Source: Octopus sinensis (Eukaryota). Taken from it: DNA of 64,000 nucleotides. Location: the NCBI RefSeq assembly GCF_006345805.1, contig NC_043001.1:68324001-68388000 (forward strand), in the 5' to 3' direction. This document shows, piece by piece, positions 12,702 through 24,859 of this stretch (positions are counted from its first letter, which is position 1; every line of letters starts with the position of its first letter). The position numbers and the translations under genes were made by a program. The notes below the pieces were generated by a model. That model made no database searches. It was not told the origin of the DNA and worked only from the letters and a program-made list of their open reading frames with translations.

Positions 12702-12846
12702 GCGCGGTGGGCTTCTTTCAGTTGCCGTCTACCAAATCCACTCACAAGGCTTTGGTCAACCCGAGGCTATAGTGGAGCACACTTTCGCAAAGTGCCATAC
12801 AGAATCATGTGGTCGGAAAGCAAGCTTCGTATCACATAGCCACGCC
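12455..12846 (-). mobile_element. tRNA-derived SINE family B
   Basis: The minus strand reads ggcgtggctatgtgatacgaagcttgctttccgaccacatg...ccaaagccttgtgagtggatttggtagacgg, homologous to 20950, 23398, 35225 and 50060. Confidence 0.8.
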
Positions 12847-13051
12847 ATATATATATTTGTATTTTTTCAATGCGTACAAATAACACGGAAAAATAAATAA
12901 ATAGTACCATGGTAGCAAAAAGTCACATAAGTGCCAAGGATATTATAGTTTACTTATAAAGGTAGAAATCCAGGGTTAAGTGTAATGTTTTTGTATAATA
13001 TGGATAAATTAAGAAATAGAATTAAACGCAGGTGTTATTCACTTCTTTATA

Positions 13052-13139
13052 CTTCCGACATATGTTTCGAAGAAAACATTGATATTATTCCGGATGGAAT
13101 AAAATAATGTAAAATAATGCAATCATCTCATCAGGGAAA
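13052..13139 (-). ncRNA. Type I hammerhead ribozyme with long stem II
   Basis: Reverse complement: TTTCC-CTGATGA-GATGATTGCA...TTTTCTTC-GAAA-CATATG-TC^GGAAG, with a GUC triplet and palindromic ACATATGT. Confidence 0.75.
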
Positions 13140-13360
13140 GAGAGAGAAACAAAAAGCCATTTTAACCGAATGTGATTACCACGTATATGATAAAGGGGAA
13201 CGCTGGCATGTTATTTAAAAAAAAAAAAACTGTAAATAGATTAAACGACAAAGGCAATTTAGCGAAAGAGGTGGAGGAAAAGAAAGAAATTAACAGGAAA
13301 TTAAGAGTTAAGGAAATAAAGCCTTAAATGGATTATTGATGAGTTTTGTTTCTCTTTTTT

Positions 13361-13448
13361 TTTCGCTGACGAGATGATCGCATTGTTTTACATCATTTTA
13401 TTCCCTCAGGAATAATATCAATATTTTCTAGTAAACATATGTCGGAAG
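13361..13448 (+). ncRNA. Degenerate inverted copy of the 13052-13139 hammerhead
   Basis: CTGACGAGATGATCGCA...GTAAACATATGTC^GGAAG. The GAAA box is mutated. Confidence 0.5.
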
Positions 13449-13610
13449 TATAAAGATTTGAATAACACCTGCGTTTAACACCATTTCTTAATATATATAT
13501 GTATATATATTTTCAATTAATCAATTTAGGGTAGCAAAAAATTCAGTAAAAATTTATCGCTACCAGCGGCCTAGTGGAAAAGAGAAAATAGTCAAAGACT
13601 AAATGTATAT

Positions 13611-13990
13611 AAATATAACAATTTAGGAATGGCCTAAACAGGCCATTCGTCCACCAGAAAGAGCAGCCAGAACTCCAACCGCCAAGTAGTGCAATTCGGA
13701 AATAAGGTGAAAATTTAAAAACGTTTACCCTAATTCATCTTTTATACGATGCATCGTTTCAGTGTCTTTAATGATAGACCAGCTTAATTAAATTAAATTA
13801 AGCTATAGCTTAATTTAATTAATTAAGCTGGTCTATCATTAAAGACACTGAAACGATGCATCGTATAAAAGATGAATTAGGGTACTTTTTAAATTTCACC
13901 TTATTTCGATGAACTTGGCGGTTGGAAGTTCTGGCTGCTCTTTCTGGTGGACGAATGGCCTGTTTAGGCCATTCCTAAATTGTTATATAT
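13611..13990. repeat. About 380-bp near-perfect palindrome (fold-back) with the 3' half of a hammerhead on each arm
   Basis: The centre is agctatagct (13801-13810). Each arm carries GAAA-CGATGCATCG-TA. The left arm extends to about 13510 with a family 3'-end motif. Confidence 0.85.
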
Positions 13991-14070
13991 GTATATATAT
14001 ATATATTATATATATATAATATATAGATATATATATATATAATATATATATATATATATAATAATATATA

Positions 14071-14132
<62 letters not shown>

Positions 14133-14135
<3 letters not shown>

Positions 14136-14660
14136 ATAGAATAATTCTATATAAGTTATTATTCATATTCATAATTTTGTTTAGAGTGGTGATGGGGTTT
14201 TTAATAGTATATTGCCGAGTAGAGAATGCTAATGTATGTGTGGCTGAATGTATGTATCTGCTGAATTTGTTACTCCTCTGTGTTCGAGTGGCGGTGGGAG
14301 TGGTGTTGTGTGTGAGTGATTGTGTGTGTGTGTGTGGGTGTGCATTGTTTATGTGTAGAAAAGTTGTTTTCTTTTGAGTGTTTATGTATGTGTGAATGTG
14401 TGTGTGTGTGTGTTTGTTTGCGTATTTGTGTATGTTTGTTGTATGCATGTGGTATTTGGAATATGTGTGTGTGTGTGTTTGTTTTAAGTATTTATGTATG
14501 GTGTTGTATATATGTGGTATATGGTATTAGGTAGTTTATTGCTAAGAATGAAATGTTTCTGTTGTTGTGGTTGAGTATTTGCGGATGCTGGATGTGTGGT
14601 TGTCATGCAGACTGAGTGTGTTTATAAATGAGGGTTGTTTGTGTGTGTGGGAGTACGAAT
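14133..14660 (+). repeat. About 520-bp TG-rich direct repeat, copy 1 (the empty site for the LINE)
   Basis: Matches 15653-16034 joined to 18951-19100. Confidence 0.85.
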
Positions 14661-14926
14661 GCATGTGCATGGGTATGTGTGCATGTGTGCGCGTGTACAA
14701 GTGCATGTGTAGATGCGAGTTGCATGAGTGCTATGTAAATGCGTGTGCTTGTATATGCACTTGTATACATGCATGTTTGAATGTGTGTGAGATTGCACCA
14801 GTTTGCGTGTACACACTCATATATACATATGATAAATATTTATTTATTTATTTTTGTGAATGTGCGTATTTTTATATATATGTGTATTTGATGATATGTG
14901 TGAGTGTATATATATATATATATATA

Positions 14927-14988
<62 letters not shown>

Positions 14989-16034
14989 GGATGTATATGT
15001 ATTTATTTAGTTATCTGTATGGGTGTGGGTGTGAATATATTGGTGTATTTATCGAGTATTGTACGTATGTATATGTATGTGTGAGTGGGTATAGGCATAT
15101 GTTTGTGGGTGTGTGTAAATATGTGTGTGTATTTGTGTGTGAATGTATTTATGAGGGGACTGCTATATAGGTTTATTAATGTGTATTTGGTAAGAGAGGT
15201 TTTATCATTATATTTGTATGTATGGTTTTCGTTTATCATGATTGTTTTATTAATGAATTTTTTAGTAAATTCAGTCTATTTCCGTTGATTTACATATTAT
15301 TCCATTCTATTCCATTCATAATATTTAAATAACGTTCGTTCATCACGTGCAAAGGTTTTATTAAAAATATATTCTATTTCTATGATAACGTATTTTTGTA
15401 AACGCTATAACAGTTAGACATTAAAATTCACTTCATAACTTAAAATAGAATAGAAGGTATTATTTTAGATCTCCTATCTTAATTTTAATTGTATATGTAT
15501 AAGTTTTTGTATAATATATTCTCCTTATGTTAAACTTGTTGTTTATGTATTGATCTATTTATCGTACGTTTCTTTGTTATTAGTTATTAAATAATTTAGA
15601 CATACTTTGATAAATAGATAGATTCGTTTTTAAATGGTTTAGATTACGTTTAATAATAGAATAATTCTATATAAGTTATTATTCTTATTCATAATTTTGT
15701 TTTAAAATGGTGATGGAGTTTTTAATAGTATATTGCCGAGTAGAGAATGTTAATGTATGTGTGTGGCTGAATGTATGTATCTGCTGAATTTGTTACTCCT
15801 CTGTGTTGGTGTGGCGGTGGGAGTGGTGTTGTGTGTGAGTGATTGTGTGTGTGTATGTGTGGGTGTGCATTGTTTATGTGTAGAAAAGTTGTTTTCTTTT
15901 GAGTGTTTATGTATGTGTGAATGTGTGTGTGTGTGTTTTTTTGTTTGCGTATTTATGTATGTTTGTTGTATGCATGTGGTATTTGGAATATGTGTTTGTG
16001 TGTTTGTTTTAAGTATTTATGTATGGTGTTGTAT

Positions 16035-18950
16035 GTTAGTTAGTTAGTTAGTTGATTTGGCTCAAAAGCAAATAGCAAGGCCATATAGGGGGACATGGAG
16101 TTAAGTACAGGGTGGTGTTCATGTAAAGAGTTCAGGCCACTTGAGGTCCAGGGAGGCTTTGAACAAAGCGGTCGTCGGCATCTTCACCATCTCGTCTGGC
16201 AGCTTGTTCCACGGATCCGCAATCCGGACGGAGAAAGCTCCTCTCCTTCGATTGAGATGAAATCGTCGCAGGTAGAGCTTTTCGGAATGACCCCGCAGCC
16301 GACGCTCCGGAGCAGGAGTGAAGAACAGCTCTTTCGAGAGGTTACACTTCCCTCTTATGATGTTGTGGGCGAGAATGAGATCACCACGGCGGCGGCGTTT
16401 TTCAAGAGAATAAAGGTCGAGCGTCCTCAGCCTTTCTTCGTAGGACAAATTTTTGAGACCATGAACCATGCGGGTAGCCAGCCTCTGGACTCTTTCGAGA
16501 TGCTGTATGTCTTTGAGGAGATAAGGAGAAGAGGCTTGAATCCCATACTCCAATATGGGTCTCACCAGCGTGACATAGAGTGGTAGGAATATGGCTGCTG
16601 TGAGCATTCCGAATGACCGTCGAATCAAAAACAGAATTCCGCGCGCTTTGTTGGCAGCATGGACGCACTGGGCCGAAGGCGAAAAGGAGGAATCCACCAA
16701 GATACCCAGGTCCTTTACCTGATCGGTCCTCTCCAGCAGCAGACGACCCGGCTCGAAATCAAGTTGAGTTGCAGGAGTAGAGCCGACAGGCAGATAACAG
16801 CACTTTGACACGTTCAGACACAGGTCCCAATCGTTAGACCACTTCCAAATTTGGTGGAGGCATCGACGAAGATCCTCTATACTACCGCGAGGAGCGACCA
16901 GTTTGATATCGTCGGCAAATAGAAGGGTGTGTTGCGTGAGGTCGTCGGGCAAGTCATTTATGAAGACTAAGAACAACAAGGGCCCAAGCACTGAACCTTG
17001 AGGCACGCCACTGCTCGCACTGGAGACGTCGGACCGCGCGAACCATTAACTTGAACTTGGAAGGAGCGATCTGAGAGGAAGGCACCAACCCATCGTACAA
17101 TATCCGGATGGAAACTATATGCTTGAAGCTTGACAAGTAGTAGGCGGTGGTTTACCGAGTCAAAAGCTTTGGCAAAGTCCAATAAAACGATGTCAACAGC
17201 ATCACTATCATCGAGGATGCGCGTCACCAATTCTTCCATTACTAGTAAGTGGGTCAAGCATGATCTCTTCGGTACGAAGCCGTGTTGGGAATCAGTGATC
17301 GAGGCTGTGTTTAGGAGGTGGAGCATCATACTTTTCTTAAGGATGGTTTCGAACATCTTGCTGATTATTGATGTAAGGGAAACCGGTCGGTAGTTAAGCG
17401 GGTCTTCGCGGCTCCCTTTCTTGAAAATTGGGCAGATTATCGCTGTTCTCCAGTCTGCAGGTATAACACCCGTCGCCAATGACATATTGAATAGTCGTGT
17501 GTAAGGGCTCGCAGATGACCGGAGCCAACGCTTTGATAACCCGTGGGTGTATGCCGTCAGGGCCGTGACCCTTGTTGACATCGAGGCCTTGACTAACACG
17601 TTTGACTTCGTCCCGCGTGATTACCAATCGAAGCATTGGAGGTACCGATCTATCAAATGGAGGGGGTTCACGACGATCATCTTGTTTGAAAATAGTTGAA
17701 AAAGCCTCGGCAAATAATTGACTCTGTTGATAAGGGTCCTCAATCGATACGCCTGTTGAGTCTACCAACGTTGCAATCTGGTTGTTCAAGCGGGAATTCC
17801 GCTGGACATGGGCAAAGAAGGTATTTGGATTGCTACTGGCATTTGCCGCGATTTTGTATTCATAACTGAAGCGTTCTTTCTTTTCAATTTTCACGGCTCG
17901 GTCTCGTTGAGTTTTGTACACCTCAAAAGCTGCAGTCGAATCCAGATTTTTGAATTCAGCCCAAGCAATATCTCTGAGTCGACGTTCCCGTTTAACCTTC
18001 TTCATCACCCAGGGCTTGTGTTTCTTCCTCTTGGGAAGCCCAACGGGAACTGCCTGGTCAGTCAAACAGATTACATATGCTTTGAGGGATGACCATAGTT
18101 CGTCAACTGAGGACAACGTCATCAGGGATCGCCAGTCCAGAAGCGTGGAAGCCTCGGTTAGAATTTCAAGATTAATTGCAGAGAAGACTCTACGTGGCAG
18201 CGAAGTAATCGTGGGCGTAGAAAAAGTTGTGTGCATGACGAACTTCAGGACCGCATGATCACTCTTGGCAAGAGGGGCGCACACAGATACGTCTGACACT
18301 GATCTTGGATAGCGGGAGAATATCAGATCTAGCATAGATGGCTGCTGCCCAGACCGATGCCTTGTCGGATATTCAACATGTTGCGATAGAAAACGATCTT
18401 CAGCCACGTCAAGAAGGGCCTGGCCGAACCGGGAAGATGTTGTACAAATTGATGCGGGCCAATCGATCGTGGGAGCGTTGAAGTCGCCTAGTACCAAGCA
18501 GTCATGCGAAGCTGAAACGAATCTTATCGCTTCGAGTAGATGAGCATCGTCCTGGGGTCGGCAAGAGGCGGCCTGTAGACAGCCAACACGGGCAGGCAAA
18601 ACTCAGATAGGCTCAGCTTGCAATAGACGGCATCGAATTTTGTTGTAGGTTGAGCATTTGTGTGGGTAGAATACCGCAGGACGGTTTGTGCTCAGACTTA
18701 ACATACACAGCAACACCTCCACCTCGCCTTTTTCCTCTGTCACATCTGAAAAGGACGTAGCCCTGCAGGTGGATTTCTGAGTCCTTTACTGCTGGAGTCA
18801 GCCAAGTCTCGGTGATAGCTATCACATCAGGGGAGTCACGTATGGCCAGTGTAAATAGTTCACTGAACTTTGGGAATAAGGAGCACGAGTTGGTGTAGAC
18901 GATGCTGAGCTGTGAAGTCTGAGGGGCGGGAGTTGGGGAACAAGCAGAAT
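16035..18950 (-). mobile_element. CR1/L2-group LINE, 5'-truncated, with (TAAC)n 3' tail
   Basis: Near-complete APE-RT ORF2, a gttagttagttag tail at 16035-16054, and higher GC than the flanks. It is inserted at gttgtat|atatgtgg. Confidence 0.92.
16119..18940 (-). pseudogene. LINE ORF2 (APE endonuclease plus reverse transcriptase), about 3 frameshifts
   Basis: APE motifs: IVYTNSCSL, DVIAITETWL, RRGGGVAVYV, VLGDFN, SDH. RT motifs: GPDGIHPRVIK, NYRPVSLTS, QHGF, LDFAKAFDSVNH, PQGSVLGPLLF, FADD. CR1-type C-terminus: RRRRGDLI. Confidence 0.9.
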
Positions 18951-19507
18951 ATATGTGGTATACGGTATTCGGTAGTTTATTACTAAGAATGAAATGTTTC
19001 TGTTGTTGTGGTTGAGTATTTGCGGATGCTGGATGTGTGGTTGTCATGCAGAGTGAGTGTGTTTATGAATGAGGGTTGCATGTGAGTGTGTGGGAGTACG
19101 AATAAGTAATGTGTTTAAGTATACGGCTACTTTATTAATTTATCATTACCTAGATGTTTATGTGTATGTATAGAGATATATTTACGGGTGTGTGAGTTAG
19201 TGTATGTATTTAGATATGTTTATATATATACTTAGATATATGTGTATGAGCATGTGTGTTTATACATTTTAGTTTATTTTTGTATTTTGAAATTAGATTA
19301 TTCATCTTTAAATATGAGAACTTAAATACTAGGTTTCTTTATATTCAATTGTTTATAGAGGTTAATTTAGTTCTTGATTATATATAGATTATATATAGAT
19401 TATATATATATATATAATATATTTTCATTGATAAATTTATATTATTTATAGTTTTAGTCATTTTAAATTTATATCTTAAAAATATTGATTATTTTTAGAT
19501 CTGAAAT

Positions 19508-19553
19508 CCACCTGATGAATGTCCTGAGAAGAGACATGAAACAATTGTAGTGG
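19508..19553 (+). ncRNA. Type I hammerhead ribozyme, textbook minimal form
   Basis: CCAC-CTGATGA-ATGTC-CTGAGAAGA-GACAT-GAAA-CAATTG-TA^GTGG. It lies about 100 bp before the (TA)n. Confidence 0.9.
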
Positions 19554-19652
19554 TGAATATAATTTTATTTAATTTATATTAAAATATTTTATGTATTGGA
19601 TTAAGTCTTTCTGTGTTGATTTGCAAAATAGTGGTTTTGTCTCTAATTAATA

Positions 19653-19765
<113 letters not shown>

Positions 19766-19773
19766 ACACACAC

Positions 19774-19831
<58 letters not shown>

Positions 19832-19904
19832 GTATCTGTGTGTGTGTGTGTGTGTGGTGTGTGACGATTAGGTAAGGGGTGCCGAATTTTACAATTCTGT
19901 AAAT

Positions 19905-20305
19905 AGTCCTTTCTGCTAAAGGCACAAGCTCTGAAACTTTAGAGGACGGGGAACCACTCGTTTAAATCGACCCCATTGTTTTATTGGTACTTAATTTATC
20001 AACCTCGAAAGGATGAAAGGCAAAGTTGACCTCGGCGCAATTTGAACTCAGAACGTAGCGGTAGACGAAATACCTATTTCTTTACTACCCACACGGGGCT
20101 AAACACAGAGAGCACAAACAAGGACAGACAAACGTATCAAGTCCTTTATATCGACCACAGTGCGTAACTGGTACTTATTTAATCTACCCCGAAATGATGA
20201 AAGGCAAAGTTGACCTTGGCGGAATTTGAACTCAGAACGTAGCAGCAGACGAAATACCGCTGAGTATTTCGCCCGGCATGCTAACCTTTCTGCCAGCTCG
20301 CCGCC
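19905..20305 (-). mobile_element. SINE family A, internally duplicated (dimeric) form
   Basis: Two tandem cores are separated by ...ctttactacccac...acagag...aaacaaggacagacaaac. The same layout occurs at 26005-26400. Confidence 0.85.
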
Positions 20306-20949
20306 TTCAAGTTTGTAAATGATAATAATGAAATTTTTTCAAAAGCTTAAAGGTTTCAAGCGATCACCGTTATATTGACTAAAGAAAATATCCTAGCATG
20401 TATGTATTTATGTATGTATGTATGTACACACATGCGCGCGCACACACACACACACACATACGCACACCCACCCACACACGCACACACGTGCCCCCTCCCT
20501 AAACACATGTTTGGTACATATGCAAATCACTCATTTTAAGTAACATTGCTTCTGTCTTGAACTATAAAATAAGAATTTAATGAGAACAAAAAGATTCAAT
20601 ACTTTAAAGAGTTACTTCCCATAGAACTTAAATACCATGAGTAGCTTCCCTTATATTAAGCTATTGCTTATTGAATGATTTCCTTTTCTGGATCCAATGG
20701 AGTAGAGCTTTCTATGCGAAACCTTTTCTTTCTTACTGAAATGTTGTACCGTTTGCTTGAGTGAGGGCTATCTAGGTCTGCTTAGAGATTCCAGATCTCA
20801 TTCAGCCCCACTCGTATTGTAACTTAGAATTTCTCCGTCATTGTCACCATCGTTTACACGGCAACGACAACGGCGATGACCACACCCATGGCTTTACTCG
20901 CAGCTAGCAACACCAGCAGCAGCAGCATAATATCTCCAGCTAATGTATA

Positions 20950-21170
20950 GGCGCAGGCATGGCTGCGTGGTAAGAAGCTTGTTTCTCAACCGCATGGTTC
21001 CGGGTTCAGTTCCACAGCGTGGCAACTTGGGCAAGTGTCTCTATTATAGCCTCGGGCCGACCAAAGCCTTGTGAGTGGATTTGTATGTTTGTGTCTGTGT
21101 TCATCCCTTCACCATCTTTTAACAACCAATGTTGGTGTGTTTACGTCCCCGTAACTTAGCGGTTATAAGC
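20950..21170 (+). mobile_element. tRNA-derived SINE family B
   Basis: ggcgcaggcatggctgcgtggtaagaagcttg...ggttccgggttcagttcc (A/B-box-like). Confidence 0.8.
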
Positions 21171-21218
21171 ATTAAATATATATATATACAGATTATAATC
21201 TGTATATATATATATATA

Positions 21219-21540
21219 TTATTATTATTATTATTATTATTAGTTCGCCCTTCGTTGTCGACGATGATCAAGGACATCATATGGGAGAAGAAAACGGGGC
21301 ATGATTTGTCCGGCTATGGCCAATCAGTTCGATGCATGCTCGTAAGGGTCGCAGGTCAGGCACTGGTAGTCTGTTCGGAATAAAGACAAGAAGTTGGCCC
21401 TGGACTTGCGTAGTTAACATTTTCTTACCTGGTGATTTTTAACAGCTTTCTCAGGCGGCTCATTTGGAAGCAGTTTAGCTTCTTGGCGTGGGGTTCATAA
21501 ACCGTCCAAGTCTCGTAGTCATACAATAGCGAATGCAGTA
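21219..21540 (-). mobile_element. RTE LINE 3' fragment with (TAA)n tail
   Basis: The minus strand translates SLLYDYETWTVYEPHAKKLNCFQMSRLRKLLKI, an RTE C-terminal motif. Confidence 0.7.
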
Positions 21541-21544
21541 CAAC

Positions 21545-22109
21545 TGATCCACATTACAAGTTCAAGTTTTTACCTGTAATTATCGGGGCACTGGAATATG
21601 TAAAACTACCTAAATACCAATTAGACCTTTCAAAACCAGAAAGGAGAAAGCTCGTTTGAAGACTACAGATTCAAACCATCATTGGAGCTGTAAAAATCTG
21701 TAAAACTTTTCAGAAGTTTATCATTGAAGTATATATGAGCATGTCTAGATATGCAACTATAAGCATGAGAATACATACATAAAACAAAACGTAGGAATCT
21801 GCACGCATACATACATACATACATACATACATACATACATACATACATACATACATACATACATACATACATGCATACATACATACATGCAAACATACCT
21901 ACATACGTACATACATACACACACACACATACATATATACATACATAAATACATACATACATACATGCATACATACATACATGCATACATACATACATAC
22001 TAAGAAAAATACCCTGTTGATGTTGAAATTCCAATGAAGGAGCCTTGGATCTAAGTTAGAAACCAGCTCTTTCTCTGTTGGCAAGGATTTTTGAAATAAA
22101 ACTGAGTAA

Positions 22110-22110
<1 letters not shown>
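21545..22110 (+). mobile_element. 3' end of an RLE-type (R4-like) LINE with internal (CATA)n
   Basis: Encodes HYKFKFLPVIIGALEYV. The 3'UTR is homologous to 40605-41100 and ends at (CA)n. Confidence 0.7.
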
Positions 22111-22169
<59 letters not shown>

Positions 22170-22419
22170 ACACACACATACACATTCATACATACATGCA
22201 AGCATACATATATACATGTATGTATGTATGTAGTATGTATGTATGTATGTATGTATGTATGTATGTATGCATGCATGTATGTATGTATGTATGTATGTGT
22301 TTATATATATATATATATATTATATAATATATATATATGTATATATATATAATTATTTTTTTCCGTAATGAGATAAAAAAATAAGGCTGTGTAGATTTTA
22401 GAACATTTATAAATAGAAG

Positions 22420-22467
22420 GTCTTACAACTGTTTCTAGGATATTTATTATATTCCTTCATCGGAGAC
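22420..22467 (-). ncRNA. Type I hammerhead ribozyme, CCGAUGA variant
   Basis: Reverse complement: GTCT-CCGATGA-AGGAATAT-AATAA-ATATCCT-A-GAAA-CAGTTG-TA^AGAC. Confidence 0.75.
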
Positions 22468-22573
22468 AGTGTGAGAAGATGGTTAAGCAATAGATATTTA
22501 GATAAGATACGAAATAGAGAGTGCGGTGGAGGAATGAAAATAGATGTGAGATATGCAGGGATATTGTATTTGT

Positions 22574-23319
22574 AGATTTTTTGACTGCTGTTTCTAAACT
22601 TCCGTATGTGGTGAAGCAAATCGTTGCTGAACCCTATTTATAAAGTATTACTTAAGCTTACCATGAAATTGTCTTTTTCATGCTGAATTCTACTTGGTGA
22701 AATTACTGATTACTTCTTAATTAATTAATTTTACCCTTTGTTATTATTGATAATGGAATTCTTCTCCCAGATAACAAACTACAGTTTCTTTCTGTAGCAT
22801 CTTACTTGGCGACACGCTAATGGGCAGGGGAAGGTGATTAACTCTCATTCGTATTTTGAATTCGGCGGCACTAGCACGGAATATGATCTATCTGATACAG
22901 TTAGGGGAAGAGATATTTTCAAGTGCCTTCGAATTTAATATTTAGTAATTAATATTGGAGGAATCCCACGCTGAAGAGCCGATAATGATCGGGTAAAGTA
23001 TAATTATTTATTATTTATGCTTTATACCGATCTAATTCCGAAACGCGCGTACGTGGGTAACCTAATATAGAATGATTATCGTTATTTTTCCCTTTTGCCT
23101 GCGTGGATTGTTTTCAAGTACTTTGGTTTTTCTGGGAGCCCCTTTTTAAAGTAGAAGGAATAGCTAAGATTTTTTGACTGCTATTTCTAAACTTCGGTAT
23201 GTGGTGAAGCAAATCGTTGCTGAACCCTATTTAAGCTTACCATGAAATGGTCTTTTTCATGCCGAATTCTACTTGGTGAAATTACTGATTACTTCTTAAT
23301 TAATTAATTTACCCTTTGT

Positions 23320-23325
<6 letters not shown>
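22574..23325 (+). mobile_element. About 593-bp hammerhead-bearing unit with partial tandem copy
   Basis: 22574-22745 repeats at 23167-23325. The unit contains the hammerhead at 22965-23057 and ends at (TA)n. Confidence 0.82.
22965..23057 (+). ncRNA. Type I hammerhead ribozyme with about 60-nt stem II
   Basis: CCCACG-CTGAAGA-G...GATCGG.TAAAGTATAA...TTATGCTTTA..CCGATC...C-GAAA-CGCGCG-TA^CGTGGG. Confidence 0.85.
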
Positions 23326-23366
<41 letters not shown>

Positions 23367-23397
23367 TAGATAGACAGATAGAAAGAGATATATATAG

Positions 23398-23790
23398 GGT
23401 AGGTGTGGCTCTGTAGTTCAAAGCTTGCTTCCCAACCACAGGGTTTAGGGTTCAGCCCAACAGCGTGGCATCACTTCTGCTATAGCGTTGGGCAGACCAA
23501 AGCCTTGTGAGTGGAATTGATTGACGGAAACTGACTGGCTGTCGTGTATATATATTATAATATATATATATGCATATGTGTGTGTGTGTGTGCTTTGGTA
23601 TCTTTGTTTGTCCTCACCCACAGGTTCACAACCGCTGGTGGTGCGCAATCTAGCTATTTGTCAAACCAGACCGATAGAGTATCACGCTTTTAGAAAATAA
23701 GTATGGGGTCAATACAGTCAACATTTGAAGGCGATGCCCCAGCATGTCCGCAGTCTAGCGACTAAAACAGATGAAAAATAAAAAAGATAA
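23398..23790 (+). mobile_element. SINE family B
   Basis: Homologous head (gcttgcttcccaaccac...gggttcagccc) and tail (gccccagcatg.ccgcagtc). Confidence 0.75.
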
Positions 23791-23801
23791 AAGATACATA
23801 C

Positions 23802-23861
<60 letters not shown>

Positions 23862-24859
23862 TATTATATATATATGGTTGTGTAGAAGGACGTCTTAGAG
23901 ACATCAATATCTGGTTAATAAAAAGAATGGTTGTGAAAATTTTGTGTCTTTGACCTCCATCTTCACAAAACTGAATGGAAGCTGTATCACATATATTTTT
24001 TAATGTACTTATTGGTATTAACTAAATTACCACTAACCACCACTCACCACCGAATATGTTTTGGTATTATTCTACCGTATATTTGATAATCGTTTCAGGT
24101 GTTATTGTCACCCCGAGCAGACAAACGTACCCTCTCAGTTTCTCCAATCTTAGCCAATCAGAATATGAATGCAAAGGAAGGCAGCTGGAGGGAAGGGAGA
24201 GCGCTACACTAGTAGTCAGTTGCTACTTATTATAGTTGAGATTTAAGCAATGTGAAATGTATTTCTTTGTTCACATCGCATCGTCCAGGAATTGAACTCA
24301 CGACCATGTCATCAACACCCTTACAAACTAGGCCAGTTGGCATCATGTCTGTCTTAACCCATTCAAAGAGACCATAATGACTGCCATAATGAGATAGTTG
24401 GTGTAGTATTACGACAAAGTACATGCAAAATGTTGAGGTAATTTGAAATTGTTAGATGGAACTGTCAGTACTAGGAACGTCATGGTACGAGAGAAAAATC
24501 AAGATCACCTAAATGTCCAAGGTGTTGTGGCAAGTTATTTTACAGAAGAGTAATGTGTTAGAATTGTTTGTAGTCGTTGGATGAAAGATTAGTTAAGTTT
24601 AGTATACTCAAAATTTCGTTGAACATCTATACCATCTATGAACATTGTTCTTGTTTCCGTTCATACTGAAATCAAGACCGATAGAATAACCTTATGACCC
24701 AAAATAATTAAGCCCTCACCCTCTCGTCCTTTCTCCCTTACTGCGTTTCCAACACGATATTATACAATTTGTTCTCTCATTTTCGAAGACACTGGGTGTA
24801 ATTTGATGAAGAATTAGATGCTTAATTTAGCAGACCGATCGGCCTCGATGGGTTCTTAC

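Noticed and set aside
16095-16586. 163-aa plus-strand ORF
   Set aside because: Antisense shadow of the LINE RT frame.
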